Positions 1 to 9,491 of a stretch of DNA of 64,000 nucleotides are shown piece by piece (positions within the stretch are counted from its first letter, which is position 1; every line of letters begins with the position of its first letter). The translations under genes were made by a program, and so were the position numbers. The DNA comes from Planctomycetota bacterium (lineage in GTDB: Bacteria; Planctomycetota; UBA1135; UBA2386). The notes under the pieces are model-generated. The model was given only the letters and a program-made list of their open reading frames with translations. It was not told the origin of the DNA and ran no database searches. The DNA lies in the NCBI GenBank assembly GCA_965223545.1, contig OZ245006.1, positions 1,920,001 through 1,984,000 on the forward strand. The letters are read 5' to 3'.

Positions 1-1821
1 GGTTGGACGGGAGTCGTGACCTACAAGCGCGGCGCGGTCGAGCACCTGCCGCAGACCGAGATCGAGCTGCGCGCGGACAATGCCGGCATCTGGTTGCGCA
101 TGGGGAGCGGGGAGGCCGCGCCACAGCGACACTTCGCGCGCGCAGCCAGTTCGTTCCGCGAGATCGACATCGAGGTGGACACCGTCGAGGGCGTCGCCTC
201 GACCCTGGTCTACGACACCGGCACGCATCCGGTGCGGCCGGCGGCGTTGCCCACCGAACCGCTCGACCTCGCCGCGGTGTTCCGCCGCGCCGGCGTCGAC
301 GCGCAGGTGCGCAGCGGTGGCACGGTCCCGCTCGAAGCCGCCGGCCACAACGCGACCTGGAACGACGCCGAGCTGCACGACGCGATGCAGGTCTACTGGT
401 CGCGCCGCACCGACGCGCCCCAATGGGCGGTCTGGGCCCTGTTCGCCGCGCGCCACGATGCCGGCCGCGGTCAGTGCGGCGTGATGTTCGACGACATCGG
501 CGAAAACCACCGCCAGGGCATGGCGGTGTTCACCAAGAGCAACCTCGAGCGGCCGCCGCCAAGCGAAACCGACGGCGACGCTTGGCGGGCGCGGATGACC
601 TTCTTCACCCTGGTGCACGAGCTCGGCCACACCTTCAACCTGGCACACTCGTGGCAGAAGGCGCTGGAGACGCCGTGGATGCCGCTCCGCGACGAGGCCG
701 AGGCGCGCAGCTTCATGAACTACCCGCAGCGGGTGCGCGGCGGCGAGGCGGCGTTCTTCAACGATTTCGTCTACCGCTTCTCGGACACCGACCTGATGTT
801 CCTGCGCCACGCGCCCGAGCGCTTCGTGCAGATGGGCAACGCCGACTGGTTCGACGACCACGGCTTCCGGCTGGCGCACACCGACCCCGACTGCGGGCTC
901 GCGCTCGAGCTGCGGGTCCGGCCGGCGCGCACCGAGTTCGAGTTTCTCGAGCCGATCCTGCTCGAGCTCAAGCTGTGCAACACCGGCGACCGCGAGCAAC
1001 AGGTTCCTCTCGAGCCGCTGGCCGACACCGACGCGCTGACGGTCATCGTGCAGCGCGACGGGCGGCCGGCGCGGCAGTGGCTGCCGTTCGCCAGAACCTG
1101 CAGCGTCGACGCGACCCGCGCGCTGGGTCCGGGTGAGGCGGTCTACCGCTCGCTGCAAGTCTCGACGGGACGCAACGGCTGGGACCTCGCCGACCCGGGG
1201 CGCTACACGGTGCAGGTCGGGTTGCGCATCTGCGGCACCGACATCGTCTCCAACCCCCTGCCGCTGACCGTGGCACCACCGGGCGCCAAGCGCGAAGAAG
1301 TCCTGGCCCAGGACTACTTCTCCGACGACGTCGGCCGCGTGCTGGCCCTGGGCGGCAGCCGTCACTTCGAGCGCGCCAACGACGTGCTGCGCGCGGTCGC
1401 TGAGCGCTGCGCCAAGCGGCGAGTGTCGGTGCACGCGGCGGTGGCGACGGCGATGCCGCGCACACAGCGCTTCAAGCAGCTCGCCGTCGACGGCGACCGC
1501 CGGCGCCTCAGCGTGCTCCCCGTCGATGACGCGGCATGGGCGACGATGCAGAGCGCGCTGCTCCGCCGCGCGCGCACGGCGGTGCGCACGCTGGGACACA
1601 TCGCGTTCCACGCCCATGCCGCGCGCTGCAGCGAACGGCTCGAGGCGGCCGGCGACGCGAGCGGCGCGGCGCGGTTCTTGACCCAGCTGCACCGCACCTT
1701 GGCGCGCAGCGGCGCCGACCACGCCGGCAAGGCGAAGCGGGCCCGGCCAGGGCCAGCGCTGACGCGCGTGCTGAAGGACATTTGGCGGCGCATCCCCGCG
1801 GAGCTGCGACCGAAGAGCTGA
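1..1821 (+). CDS. Putative zinc metallopeptidase (metzincin-like), probably 5'-truncated by the window edge
   Basis: Frame is open from base 1. HELGHTFNLAH zinc-binding motif followed by a Met-turn-like SFMNYP. Confidence 0.65.
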   Translation, partial: GWTGVVTYKRGAVEHLPQTEIELRADNAGIWLRMGSGEAAPQRHFARAASSFREIDIEVDTVEGVASTLVYDTGTHPVRPAALPTEPLDLAAVFRRAGVDAQVRSGGTVPLEAAGHNATWNDAELHDAMQVYWSRRTDAPQWAVWALFAARHDAGRGQCGVMFDDIGENHRQGMAVFTKSNLERPPPSETDGDAWRARMTFFTLVHELGHTFNLAHSWQKALETPWMPLRDEAEARSFMNYPQRVRGGEAAFFNDFVYRFSDTDLMFLRHAPERFVQMGNADWFDDHGFRLAHTDPDCGLALELRVRPARTEFEFLEPILLELKLCNTGDREQQVPLEPLADTDALTVIVQRDGRPARQWLPFARTCSVDATRALGPGEAVYRSLQVSTGRNGWDLADPGRYTVQVGLRICGTDIVSNPLPLTVAPPGAKREEVLAQDYFSDDVGRVLALGGSRHFERANDVLRAVAERCAKRRVSVHAAVATAMPRTQRFKQLAVDGDRRRLSVLPVDDAAWATMQSALLRRARTAVRTLGHIAFHAHAARCSERLEAAGDASGAARFLTQLHRTLARSGADHAGKAKRARPGPALTRVLKDIWRRIPAELRPKS

Positions 1822-1857
1822 CACCGCGATTTCCTTGAAGTCCGCCCGGCGGGGGCG

Positions 1858-4836
1858 GTGTCCTCTACACAGCCCCAGCGACCGCCGCCGATTCCCGTGA
1901 CTTCCCCACATGCCGAACGACTGGCAGAGCACGCCGCCTTCGTGCAACGACTGGCACGGCAGCTCGTCGCCGACCCGGACCTGGCCGACGACGTCGCGCA
2001 GGAGACGCTGACCGCGGCCCTCGAACGGGCGCCCTCCGACCGCGCGGCACTGCCAGCGTGGCTCGGCGTGATCGCGCGCCACCGCGCCAGCAACGCCCGC
2101 CGCGCCGCCGCCCGCCGCGCGCGGCACGAGCGCGCCGCGGCGAAGCCCGAGGGCGACGCCGCCGCGACCGACGTGTTCGATCGACTCGAGGTGCAGCAGA
2201 CGCTGCTCGCGCAAGTGCGCGCGCTGCGCGAGCCCTACCGCACCGCGATCTGGCTGCGCTATTTCGACGACCTACCGCCGCGCGCGATCGCGCGCCGCCT
2301 CGGCCTTCCCGTCAAGACAGTGAAGACCCACCTCTACCGCGGCCTCGACGCTCTGCGCCACAGCCTCGACCGCCGGTGCGGCGGCGACCGGAGCCGGTGG
2401 GTCGCGGCCCTGATTCCACTGCACCAGAACGCGCTGGCCGCGGTCAGCATCCCCGGCGGAGCATTGCTCGTGAAGAAGACCCTCATCGTGGCCGCGGCAG
2501 CGGCCATCGCCCTCACCGGCTGGCTGACCCTCGGCGGCGGTGAGCCCCAGACCATCCCAGCCTCCCCGGGCACGGTGACCCCCGCGCAGGGAGCGGCGCG
2601 GACTCGGGACGCGACTTCCGAAGCGATCGCGTCCGCCGCGCCGCACCGCTCGGCGGCGGTGCCCACCGCCGCGCGCACCGGCAGCCTGCGCGTGCGGCTG
2701 CGGTGGACCGGCACGCAGGGCCCGGCCGCCGACGTCGGCGTCACCGCGTACGGCAGCGCGGACCACGGGTCGCGCCGCGCCCGCCGCGCGACGCGCACCG
2801 ACGCGCGCGGCGTCGCGGTGTTCGCCGCGATGCCCGCCGGTGACCTGACGCTGTGGTTGGACCGCGGCCATCGCTTCGGCGGCCTCGAGGTGGTGGCCGG
2901 CGAAGACCGCGAGATCGAGCTCGAAGTCCCGGCGGGCACCACCATCGCGGGGCGCGCCACGGCGCCCGACGGCAGCCCGGTGCCGGGTGCCGAGATTTGG
3001 GCACACCGCCACCACCCGGGCTTCTACGCCTCCGGTGTGATCGCGCGCACCGCCGCCGACGGTAGCTTCACCGTCGAGGGGGTGGAGGCGCGCACCGAGA
3101 TCGGCGCCTGGGCGCCCGGCTTCACTCCGTCGGTGCTGGTCGAGCCCAGCGCGCTGCCCGAGGACGCGCGGGGCCGGCGCCAGGTCGACCTCCGCCTCGG
3201 TGAAACGGGCGGCCGCGTCGCCGGCCGAGTTCTCGACGCCGACCGCCGGCCGGTTGCCGGCGCGGTGGTGAAGATCGGCTCCCGCGGCGGACACATCGTC
3301 GATCTCGACGACGGTCTGCGGGCCACGGCCACGCGGCCCATGCTGTTGACGACGGATGCCGCCGGCGCGTTCGCGACGTCTGGCGACCTGCCGCTCGGCT
3401 CCCATCCGGTGGCGGCAATGGCGCCGGAATCGCCGATTTGGTCGGGCGACATCATCGTTCGCGCAAACGCAACCGCCGACCTGGAGATCGTGCTGCGACG
3501 TCCAGTGCGGATCACCGGCAGAGTGCTCGACCTCGAGGGCGCTCCGGTTGCCGACGCCAAGGTCGTCGCCGCCGTCGAAGTCGGAGGCGGTTGGTACTTC
3601 GAGACCTTCCCGCCAGCCACGGCGAAGAGTGATACCACCGGGCACTACGTCCTCGAGCTGGTCGCCCCGGGCGACATCGAGCTCAACGCGTCCGTCGCCC
3701 GCAAGCCGAGCCTGGGCAAGGCACAGACCCGGCTGCAGGCCACCGACGGCGCGTCGATCACCCTCGACCTAGTGCTCGATCCCGGCGCCACGATCGATGG
3801 CACCGTGTTCGATCGCGAAGGCGACCCGCTCGGCGGCTGGAGAGTGCACACGGCAAACGACGGCCGCGTCTATCCGCGTCAGGCAGAGACCGCCGCCGAC
3901 GGCACCTTCCGCCTGGCCAATCTCGAGCCCGATCACGCCTACATCGTCCGGGTCAGTGCACCGGGTGATCCGCCGGTGCCGGCACGCGCCGAACGGCGGG
4001 GCGTGCGGCCGTCGGCCACGGCTCTCCAGTTCGTCATCGAAGATGCGTCCGTGCCCGACGCCGGCGTGCGCGGCCAGTTGGTCGGCAGCGAAGGCCGCCC
4101 ACCGGCCAACGTGCAGCTCACCTACTATCCCGAGGGGAGCAACATGGGCGGCTTTCTCACCGTCGACCCCGAAGACGGAACGTTCGAGAAGACCTCGCTG
4201 CGTCCCGGGACGTATCGGCTGCGCGCGCTGCGCGGTGGGCAGATGGTGTACGAGAGCCCACCGCTCGAGCTCAGCTCCGGCGAAGTAACCGACGCCGGCA
4301 CTCTGCGGCTGGCGACGGGCGGTCGCGTCGAGCTGTCGGTGACCGGCATCGACGACGCGCAGCGGAGTGCGTTGTCGCTGCGCATGGATCGACCGGGTCA
4401 CGGCACCGAGACACTCGATCTGCGCGACGCAGTGTTCGTCTCACGCGAGCTCTTGCCCGGGACGTGGAGTCTGCGCGCGGGCGGCGAGCGCTGGTGCGTG
4501 TCGCCGGCAGAGATCGAAGTGCCCGCGGGACGGACCGCGAGCATCTCGGTCACCGCGCACGCCGCGCGCGAGGTGCGGGTCGAGTGCACGCTGCCGGGCG
4601 CCGGCTGGCGCACGCTGCACTACGAGGTGCGGGATGACGAGCAGACGCTCTTCCGTCGCGGCACGCATCGGGAATCCGCGCAAGCGGAGCCCGAGCACGC
4701 ACAGGTGCTGTACGGACTGGCGCTGCCGGACGGGACCTTCACGCTGCGCGCTTGGACCGACGCGGGGCTGCAGGGAGAGCTGCGGTTGACGGTCGGCGGC
4801 ACCGCGCCACCGCGGCACCGCCTCGTCCTTCGCTGA
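1858..4836 (+). CDS. ECF-type sigma-70 factor fused via a TM segment to carboxypeptidase-regulatory-like (beta-sandwich) repeats
   Basis: Sigma region 2 (LADDVAQET, WLGVIARH) and region 4 (LREPYRTAIWLRYF...IARRLGLPVKTVKTHLYRG), hydrophobic stretch TLIVAAAAAIALTGWL, repeated G-x-V-x-D-x-x-G-x-P-V-x-G-A motifs. Start codon uncertain. Confidence 0.85.
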   Translation: MSSTQPQRPPPIPVTSPHAERLAEHAAFVQRLARQLVADPDLADDVAQETLTAALERAPSDRAALPAWLGVIARHRASNARRAAARRARHERAAAKPEGDAAATDVFDRLEVQQTLLAQVRALREPYRTAIWLRYFDDLPPRAIARRLGLPVKTVKTHLYRGLDALRHSLDRRCGGDRSRWVAALIPLHQNALAAVSIPGGALLVKKTLIVAAAAAIALTGWLTLGGGEPQTIPASPGTVTPAQGAARTRDATSEAIASAAPHRSAAVPTAARTGSLRVRLRWTGTQGPAADVGVTAYGSADHGSRRARRATRTDARGVAVFAAMPAGDLTLWLDRGHRFGGLEVVAGEDREIELEVPAGTTIAGRATAPDGSPVPGAEIWAHRHHPGFYASGVIARTAADGSFTVEGVEARTEIGAWAPGFTPSVLVEPSALPEDARGRRQVDLRLGETGGRVAGRVLDADRRPVAGAVVKIGSRGGHIVDLDDGLRATATRPMLLTTDAAGAFATSGDLPLGSHPVAAMAPESPIWSGDIIVRANATADLEIVLRRPVRITGRVLDLEGAPVADAKVVAAVEVGGGWYFETFPPATAKSDTTGHYVLELVAPGDIELNASVARKPSLGKAQTRLQATDGASITLDLVLDPGATIDGTVFDREGDPLGGWRVHTANDGRVYPRQAETAADGTFRLANLEPDHAYIVRVSAPGDPPVPARAERRGVRPSATALQFVIEDASVPDAGVRGQLVGSEGRPPANVQLTYYPEGSNMGGFLTVDPEDGTFEKTSLRPGTYRLRALRGGQMVYESPPLELSSGEVTDAGTLRLATGGRVELSVTGIDDAQRSALSLRMDRPGHGTETLDLRDAVFVSRELLPGTWSLRAGGERWCVSPAEIEVPAGRTASISVTAHAAREVRVECTLPGAGWRTLHYEVRDDEQTLFRRGTHRESAQAEPEHAQVLYGLALPDGTFTLRAWTDAGLQGELRLTVGGTAPPRHRLVLR

Positions 4837-4889
4837 GCGCCCCCCGCAGGCAGTTGTGCAGCGGCCGCTCCGGTGCTGCAATCCACCCT

Positions 4890-7712
4890 GTGGACCAGCG
4901 CGACGCCGAGACTCTGTCCGCGGGCGGTGACAGCCTCGACGACCTCGCCGCGGAGTGCGTCGCGCTGTACGAACAAGGCGGCGACACCGCCGTCGACGCC
5001 TTCTGCGAGCTCCATCCGGCGCACGCGAGCGAGATCCGCCAGCGCATGGCCACTCTGCGCGACCTCGGTCTGCTGGACATCGCCCGCGCCGAGACCGCGT
5101 TCCCCGAACGGTTTGGCGACTTTCGCCTACTCGAGCAGCTCGGTGGCGGTGGCATGGGCGTGGTCTACCGCGCCGAGCAGATGTCGCTCGGCCGCACGGT
5201 CGCCCTGAAGCTGGTGCGCCCGGACCGGCTGTTCTTCGAGGGTGCGCGCGAACGCTTCCGCCGCGAGATCGAGACGGTTGCCCAGCTGCAGCATCCCGGC
5301 ATCGTGCCGGTGTACGGCGCCGGCGTCGCCGGCGACCTGCCCTACTTCGCGATGGAGCTGGTGCGGGGGTGCTCGCTGGACGAGGTCATCGTCGGCTGCG
5401 CGCGCCAACCGCGCCCCACCGCGCGTGATTTGTACGCCGCGGTGTGCGAGGCCAGCGGCGTCGAGTTGGCGGAGACTCCCGAGCTGTTCGCCGGCAGCTG
5501 GGAGGAATCTGCGCTGCGCATCGCGCGCGCGATCGGCGAGGCGCTGCAACACGCCCACGACCGCGGCGTGGTGCACCGCGACGTCAAGCCGTCCAACGTG
5601 ATGATCACGCCAGAGGGCCGGGTCATGCTGGTCGACTTCGGTCTGGCCAGCTCGACCACTTCGCGGCAGCTGACGCACAGCGGCGCCGTCCTCGGTTCAC
5701 CACACTACATGGCGCCGGAGCAGGCCCGCGGCGAGTCCGACAGCCTCGGCCCGCCGGTCGACGTCTATGCGCTCGGCGTGACGCTCTACGAGCTGTTGAC
5801 TCGGCGCCGCGCGTTTACCGGTGGCACCACCGCCCGCGTGCTGACCGCGATCGAACGCGGCGACGTCCGGCCGCCCCGCATCCACGACCCGACGCTCTCG
5901 TGGGAGGCGCAGACGATCTGCCTGACGGCGATGGACATCGAGCCGGACCGCCGCTACCCGACCGCGGGCGCGATGGCGGCCGACCTCGCGGCTGCGCTGG
6001 CGCACCGACCCATCTCCGCCCGTCCGGCGAGCCGCGCGCGCCGGCTGCGGCGCTGGTGTCAACGGCACCCGGCCCGCGCGGTCGGCGCCGCGCTGGGCTC
6101 GTTCGTGCTCGTCGTCGGCCCGACCACGTTCGCGATCCAACAGCTGGTGGCCAACCGGCGCATCGGCACCGAGGCACGTATCGCGGACGCCAACCTGGTC
6201 ACCGCGCTGCGCGCGGTCGACGCCATGCTGACGCGGGTCGGCGCCAGCGAGCTGCGGCACGTGCCCCAGCTGACGCCAGTGCGCCAGCAGCTGCTGCAGG
6301 ACGCGACGACGCTGTTCGCCGAGCTCGAGGGGCGCGGCCGCGCCGGCGACGACGTCGCCCGGGGGGCCTGCGGAGCGCAGCTCAAGCTGGCGATGCTGCA
6401 GAGCGAGCTGGGCAACTACGACGACGCCGAAGCGGCGTTCGACCGTCTGCAGCCGACGATGGAGCGGCTGGCCACATCAGAGAAACAGGCCGACGTGCTG
6501 CGGCTTGCCGATCTGATGCATCAGCGCGGCATCCTCGCGCGGCACCGTTCGCGGCTCGAAGACGCCGAACGCGCGCAACAGCGCGCCGACGCACTGCTGG
6601 CAACCCTACCGACGAGCGCCGAGGCAGTCACTGCCGCCCGCATCAAGGTCGGTGCCGAGCGCGCCCACATCGCCACGCTGCGCGGCGACGTCGCTGCCGC
6701 CGAAGCCACCCTCGACGACGCCGCCCAGCACGGCGCCACGGCAGCGGCTTGGACCGAGCAGCCGGCAGTCGCCGCCGCACTGGCGAGAGTGTGGAATCGC
6801 CGCGGCGACCTGATGCTCGATCGCGAACGTTATCCCGAGGCCATCGACGCCTACGAACGCGGCGCCGCGATCATCCGCGCGCTGCTGGCCGCTACTCCCG
6901 ACAGTCGCGACCTCCGGACGCTGCTCGCCTCGCAGCTGCACAACCTCGCCATCGCCGCGCGCGAAGCCGGCGATCCGGAAACGGCGCTCGAGCACATTCG
7001 CCAATCCCACGCCGAACGGCGACAGCTGGTGCGCGAGTTCCCGGCCGGTCCCGACTACCGCTACGAGCTCGCCAAGATCTCGATCGTGCTCGCCAACACC
7101 CTGCGCGACAGTGGCGACCTCGACGGCATGCACGCGCACTACAGCGAGGCGGCGCTGATCGCCGAGGAGCTCGCCGCGGTGTATCCCGGCAACCCCAACT
7201 ACATCGCCACGCGCGGCTTCGCGCGACAGGGGTTGGGGTTTGTCGCCGCCATGCGCGGCGACTTCGCCACCGCCGCCGACGCGCTGCAGGGATCTGCCGA
7301 TGACCTGGCCGAGACCGCGGGTCGGCACGGCCCGGATTCGGTCCAACACCGTGGGCGCGCGATGAGCTTCTACGGCTTGATGCTCGCGCTGAAGGACCTT
7401 CGAGCGCCGAACGCCAACGAGCGGGGCGCGGCCGCGGCGGACGCCGCCATCGCGCACGGCCTGGCGCGCTGGCCGGACTTCGAGCTTGCGGTGAGCTTGC
7501 TCCGACGGGCAGCCGCGGCCGCCATGGACGACGAGTCTCTCACTCCTTCCGATCGCACGGCGCGCCGCAACGATTACACGGCACGCGCGGCGGCGGCACT
7601 GCGCGCCGCCGCCGACGCCGGCCACCACGACGCGGTGCTGCGCGCGCTCGACGACGCGTCGTTCTCGGCGGCGCCGTACCGCGCGCTGAAGAGCGAGCTG
7701 GAGGGGCGCTGA
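4890..7712 (+). CDS. Hanks-type Ser/Thr protein kinase with C-terminal TPR region
   Basis: LGGGGMGVVY, VALK, HRDVKPSN, DFG, YMAPEQ motifs, a hydrophobic segment, then helical repeats. GTG at 4890 chosen to avoid overlap with the upstream gene. Confidence 0.9.
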   Translation: MDQRDAETLSAGGDSLDDLAAECVALYEQGGDTAVDAFCELHPAHASEIRQRMATLRDLGLLDIARAETAFPERFGDFRLLEQLGGGGMGVVYRAEQMSLGRTVALKLVRPDRLFFEGARERFRREIETVAQLQHPGIVPVYGAGVAGDLPYFAMELVRGCSLDEVIVGCARQPRPTARDLYAAVCEASGVELAETPELFAGSWEESALRIARAIGEALQHAHDRGVVHRDVKPSNVMITPEGRVMLVDFGLASSTTSRQLTHSGAVLGSPHYMAPEQARGESDSLGPPVDVYALGVTLYELLTRRRAFTGGTTARVLTAIERGDVRPPRIHDPTLSWEAQTICLTAMDIEPDRRYPTAGAMAADLAAALAHRPISARPASRARRLRRWCQRHPARAVGAALGSFVLVVGPTTFAIQQLVANRRIGTEARIADANLVTALRAVDAMLTRVGASELRHVPQLTPVRQQLLQDATTLFAELEGRGRAGDDVARGACGAQLKLAMLQSELGNYDDAEAAFDRLQPTMERLATSEKQADVLRLADLMHQRGILARHRSRLEDAERAQQRADALLATLPTSAEAVTAARIKVGAERAHIATLRGDVAAAEATLDDAAQHGATAAAWTEQPAVAAALARVWNRRGDLMLDRERYPEAIDAYERGAAIIRALLAATPDSRDLRTLLASQLHNLAIAAREAGDPETALEHIRQSHAERRQLVREFPAGPDYRYELAKISIVLANTLRDSGDLDGMHAHYSEAALIAEELAAVYPGNPNYIATRGFARQGLGFVAAMRGDFATAADALQGSADDLAETAGRHGPDSVQHRGRAMSFYGLMLALKDLRAPNANERGAAAADAAIAHGLARWPDFELAVSLLRRAAAAAMDDESLTPSDRTARRNDYTARAAAALRAAADAGHHDAVLRALDDASFSAAPYRALKSELEGR
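7482..7598 (+). repeat. Kinase 3' segment, copy A of a diverged inverted repeat (partner 18745-18861)
   Basis: Manual alignment: 94/117 nt and 32/39 aa identical to the reverse complement of 18745-18861. Confidence 0.9.
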
Positions 7713-8087
7713 GACAGTTCACCGGCTCTGCTCACCGCTGCCGAACACGGCGAGCGCCGCGGTGAGAAGCCAGCTCTCGAAGCCGCCGAGGTCCTGATCT
7801 CGGATCCCGGCGTTGGTCAAGGTGGCGATCCGGCGCGCAGGCGCTGCCCGTACGGAAGCCGCGTCGCCATCGACGTCACCGCCGTGGGCGATCATACGCG
7901 CACCGACGTCCTCCGTGTCAACGACGGAACACCGAGCCCGTACGCCCAGTCCGTCGTTCTCGTGAACCGGTAGAACGGAGTCTGCATCAGGCGGTCTGCG
8001 TAGTCCGCCGCGGACCACAGGCTCCGTGTCCTCGCCCATCAGGCCACGCCGAACCGTCGCTAGCCACACCCATATGCCCCCCCCTAG

Positions 8088-9133
8088 GCGTCGCCAGGTC
8101 TTGAACTCGCTGAGCTGGTTGATCGTGGTCTCGACTCGGAGCACGCTGCCGGCCTTGTCGTACATCTTGACCGAGTTTGCCTTGGCGGAGCGCTTGACGC
8201 GCACTCCCTCGATCCGGCGCTTGTAGTCCGTGGTTGCCTCGCCGCGGTAGCTGACCGATGGCGACTTGGCGAGGAACCGCAGGACGTCGGGGCTGTGGAA
8301 GTCGGTGACGGCGTGCCGAACCAGCGACGGATAGCACCGGGCCAAGGTCGCCGCGTCGGCGAACATGACGTCGGTGGCCCACTCGGCCTGGTGAACGGTC
8401 CAGTAGAAGTCCGCTCGCGCGGCGTTGGCGACTGCGGCCAGTGCGGGGTTCGCGCGGTGGACCAGATTGCCGAGCACCGCGCTCCAGTCGAGGCGGAGCA
8501 TTCGGCCCATGATCTCCTGGACACGCTCGGGGCTGGCGAAGGACGGAAAGCAGTTGTCGGCGCGGGTGTGGACGAGTCGTTCGCGCGCGAGCTGACGACC
8601 GAGCCACTCGCGGCCGTTGATGCAGATCTGGACCGTGTACGGCATCCAGGTCTGGACACGGACGCAACAGAGGCCAAGCTCGCGATCGAGGAAGTAGTGG
8701 TAGTGGTGCAGACACTTCGTGACGCGCCGCCGTACTGCCGTACTTGCTGCGGATGCTTGTGCTCGCGGGAGCGGCGCACCTGCCAGCTCGAGCATGGTTC
8801 GACGATGGAGAGCAGGCAGATCGCTCCGGAGCGGATCGGGCGCTCGGCCAAGATCTTCTTGGCGACGTCCTCCTTCCGGATCCGGCTGGACTCGAGCTAG
8901 CGGGCCGGAAGCTGCAGCCGCTCGGCGACGGACGTTGCGCCAGCGCGGATCATGCCGGTCACGGACTCGACGAACTTGCCGAAGTCCTTGAGCAGCACGC
9001 CTTGCGAAGACAAGAACGACCGGACGCCGCTCTCGTGGCAGAGTGGCAGCAGGTGGCCCCGGAAGACAAGGCGGTCGAAACCACGCAGGATGCCGGTGAT
9101 CTTCGCGGCGTGACGGTGTACGAAACGTTGCAC
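8088..9133 (-). pseudogene. Decayed mobile-element protein, Rep/transposase-like (FDRLVFRG...KMYDK...LRVETTIN family)
   Basis: GTG at 9133 after GAGGAG. In-frame TAG at 8897-8899, frameshift from an 8-bp tandem duplication (8729-8744), C-terminus lost near 8088. Pieces rejoin into one coherent reading frame. Confidence 0.7.
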
Positions 9134-9455
9134 AACTTCCGCTCCTCGACCTCGGCTGTTGTGTTGACAACTTCGGTCGTACCGAGGACCGGGGCCGTAT
9201 TCACGCTTCAAGCGTCCGGCAGCCATCGCCGTGATCGTGTGCTCGCCGCTCTCCCGCGGTCAGCCCGACGCCATCGCCCACCGCGGCGTTCCCAGTTGTG
9301 TTGCGGGCGTCAGCCCGCGATAGGTGACAGAAGAAGACCTGGGGTAGCCCAGCACCGCCTGAACATCGCAAGACGCCATTCCCCGGTCATCGGCGCGCGC
9401 GAGCGTGCACCATTTCCGCCGTGACGCAATCGTCAGCGCCGCCGGCTACGTCGGC

Positions 9456-9484
9456 TTGACGGTGCGGGGGACCTTCGCTATTAA
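9456..9484 (+). promoter_or_regulatory. Candidate sigma70-type promoter for the radical SAM operon
   Basis: TTGACG (9456-9461), 17-bp spacer, TATTAA (9479-9484), just upstream of GTG 9492. The -10 is imperfect. Confidence 0.35.
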
Positions 9485-9491
9485 GGGAAGA

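Noticed and set aside
7719..9170. 483-aa ORF as an intact gene
   Set aside because: It is a chimera: out-of-frame 5' part, Rep-like middle, and read-through into unrelated sequence after about 8088. I could not assign 7713-8087.
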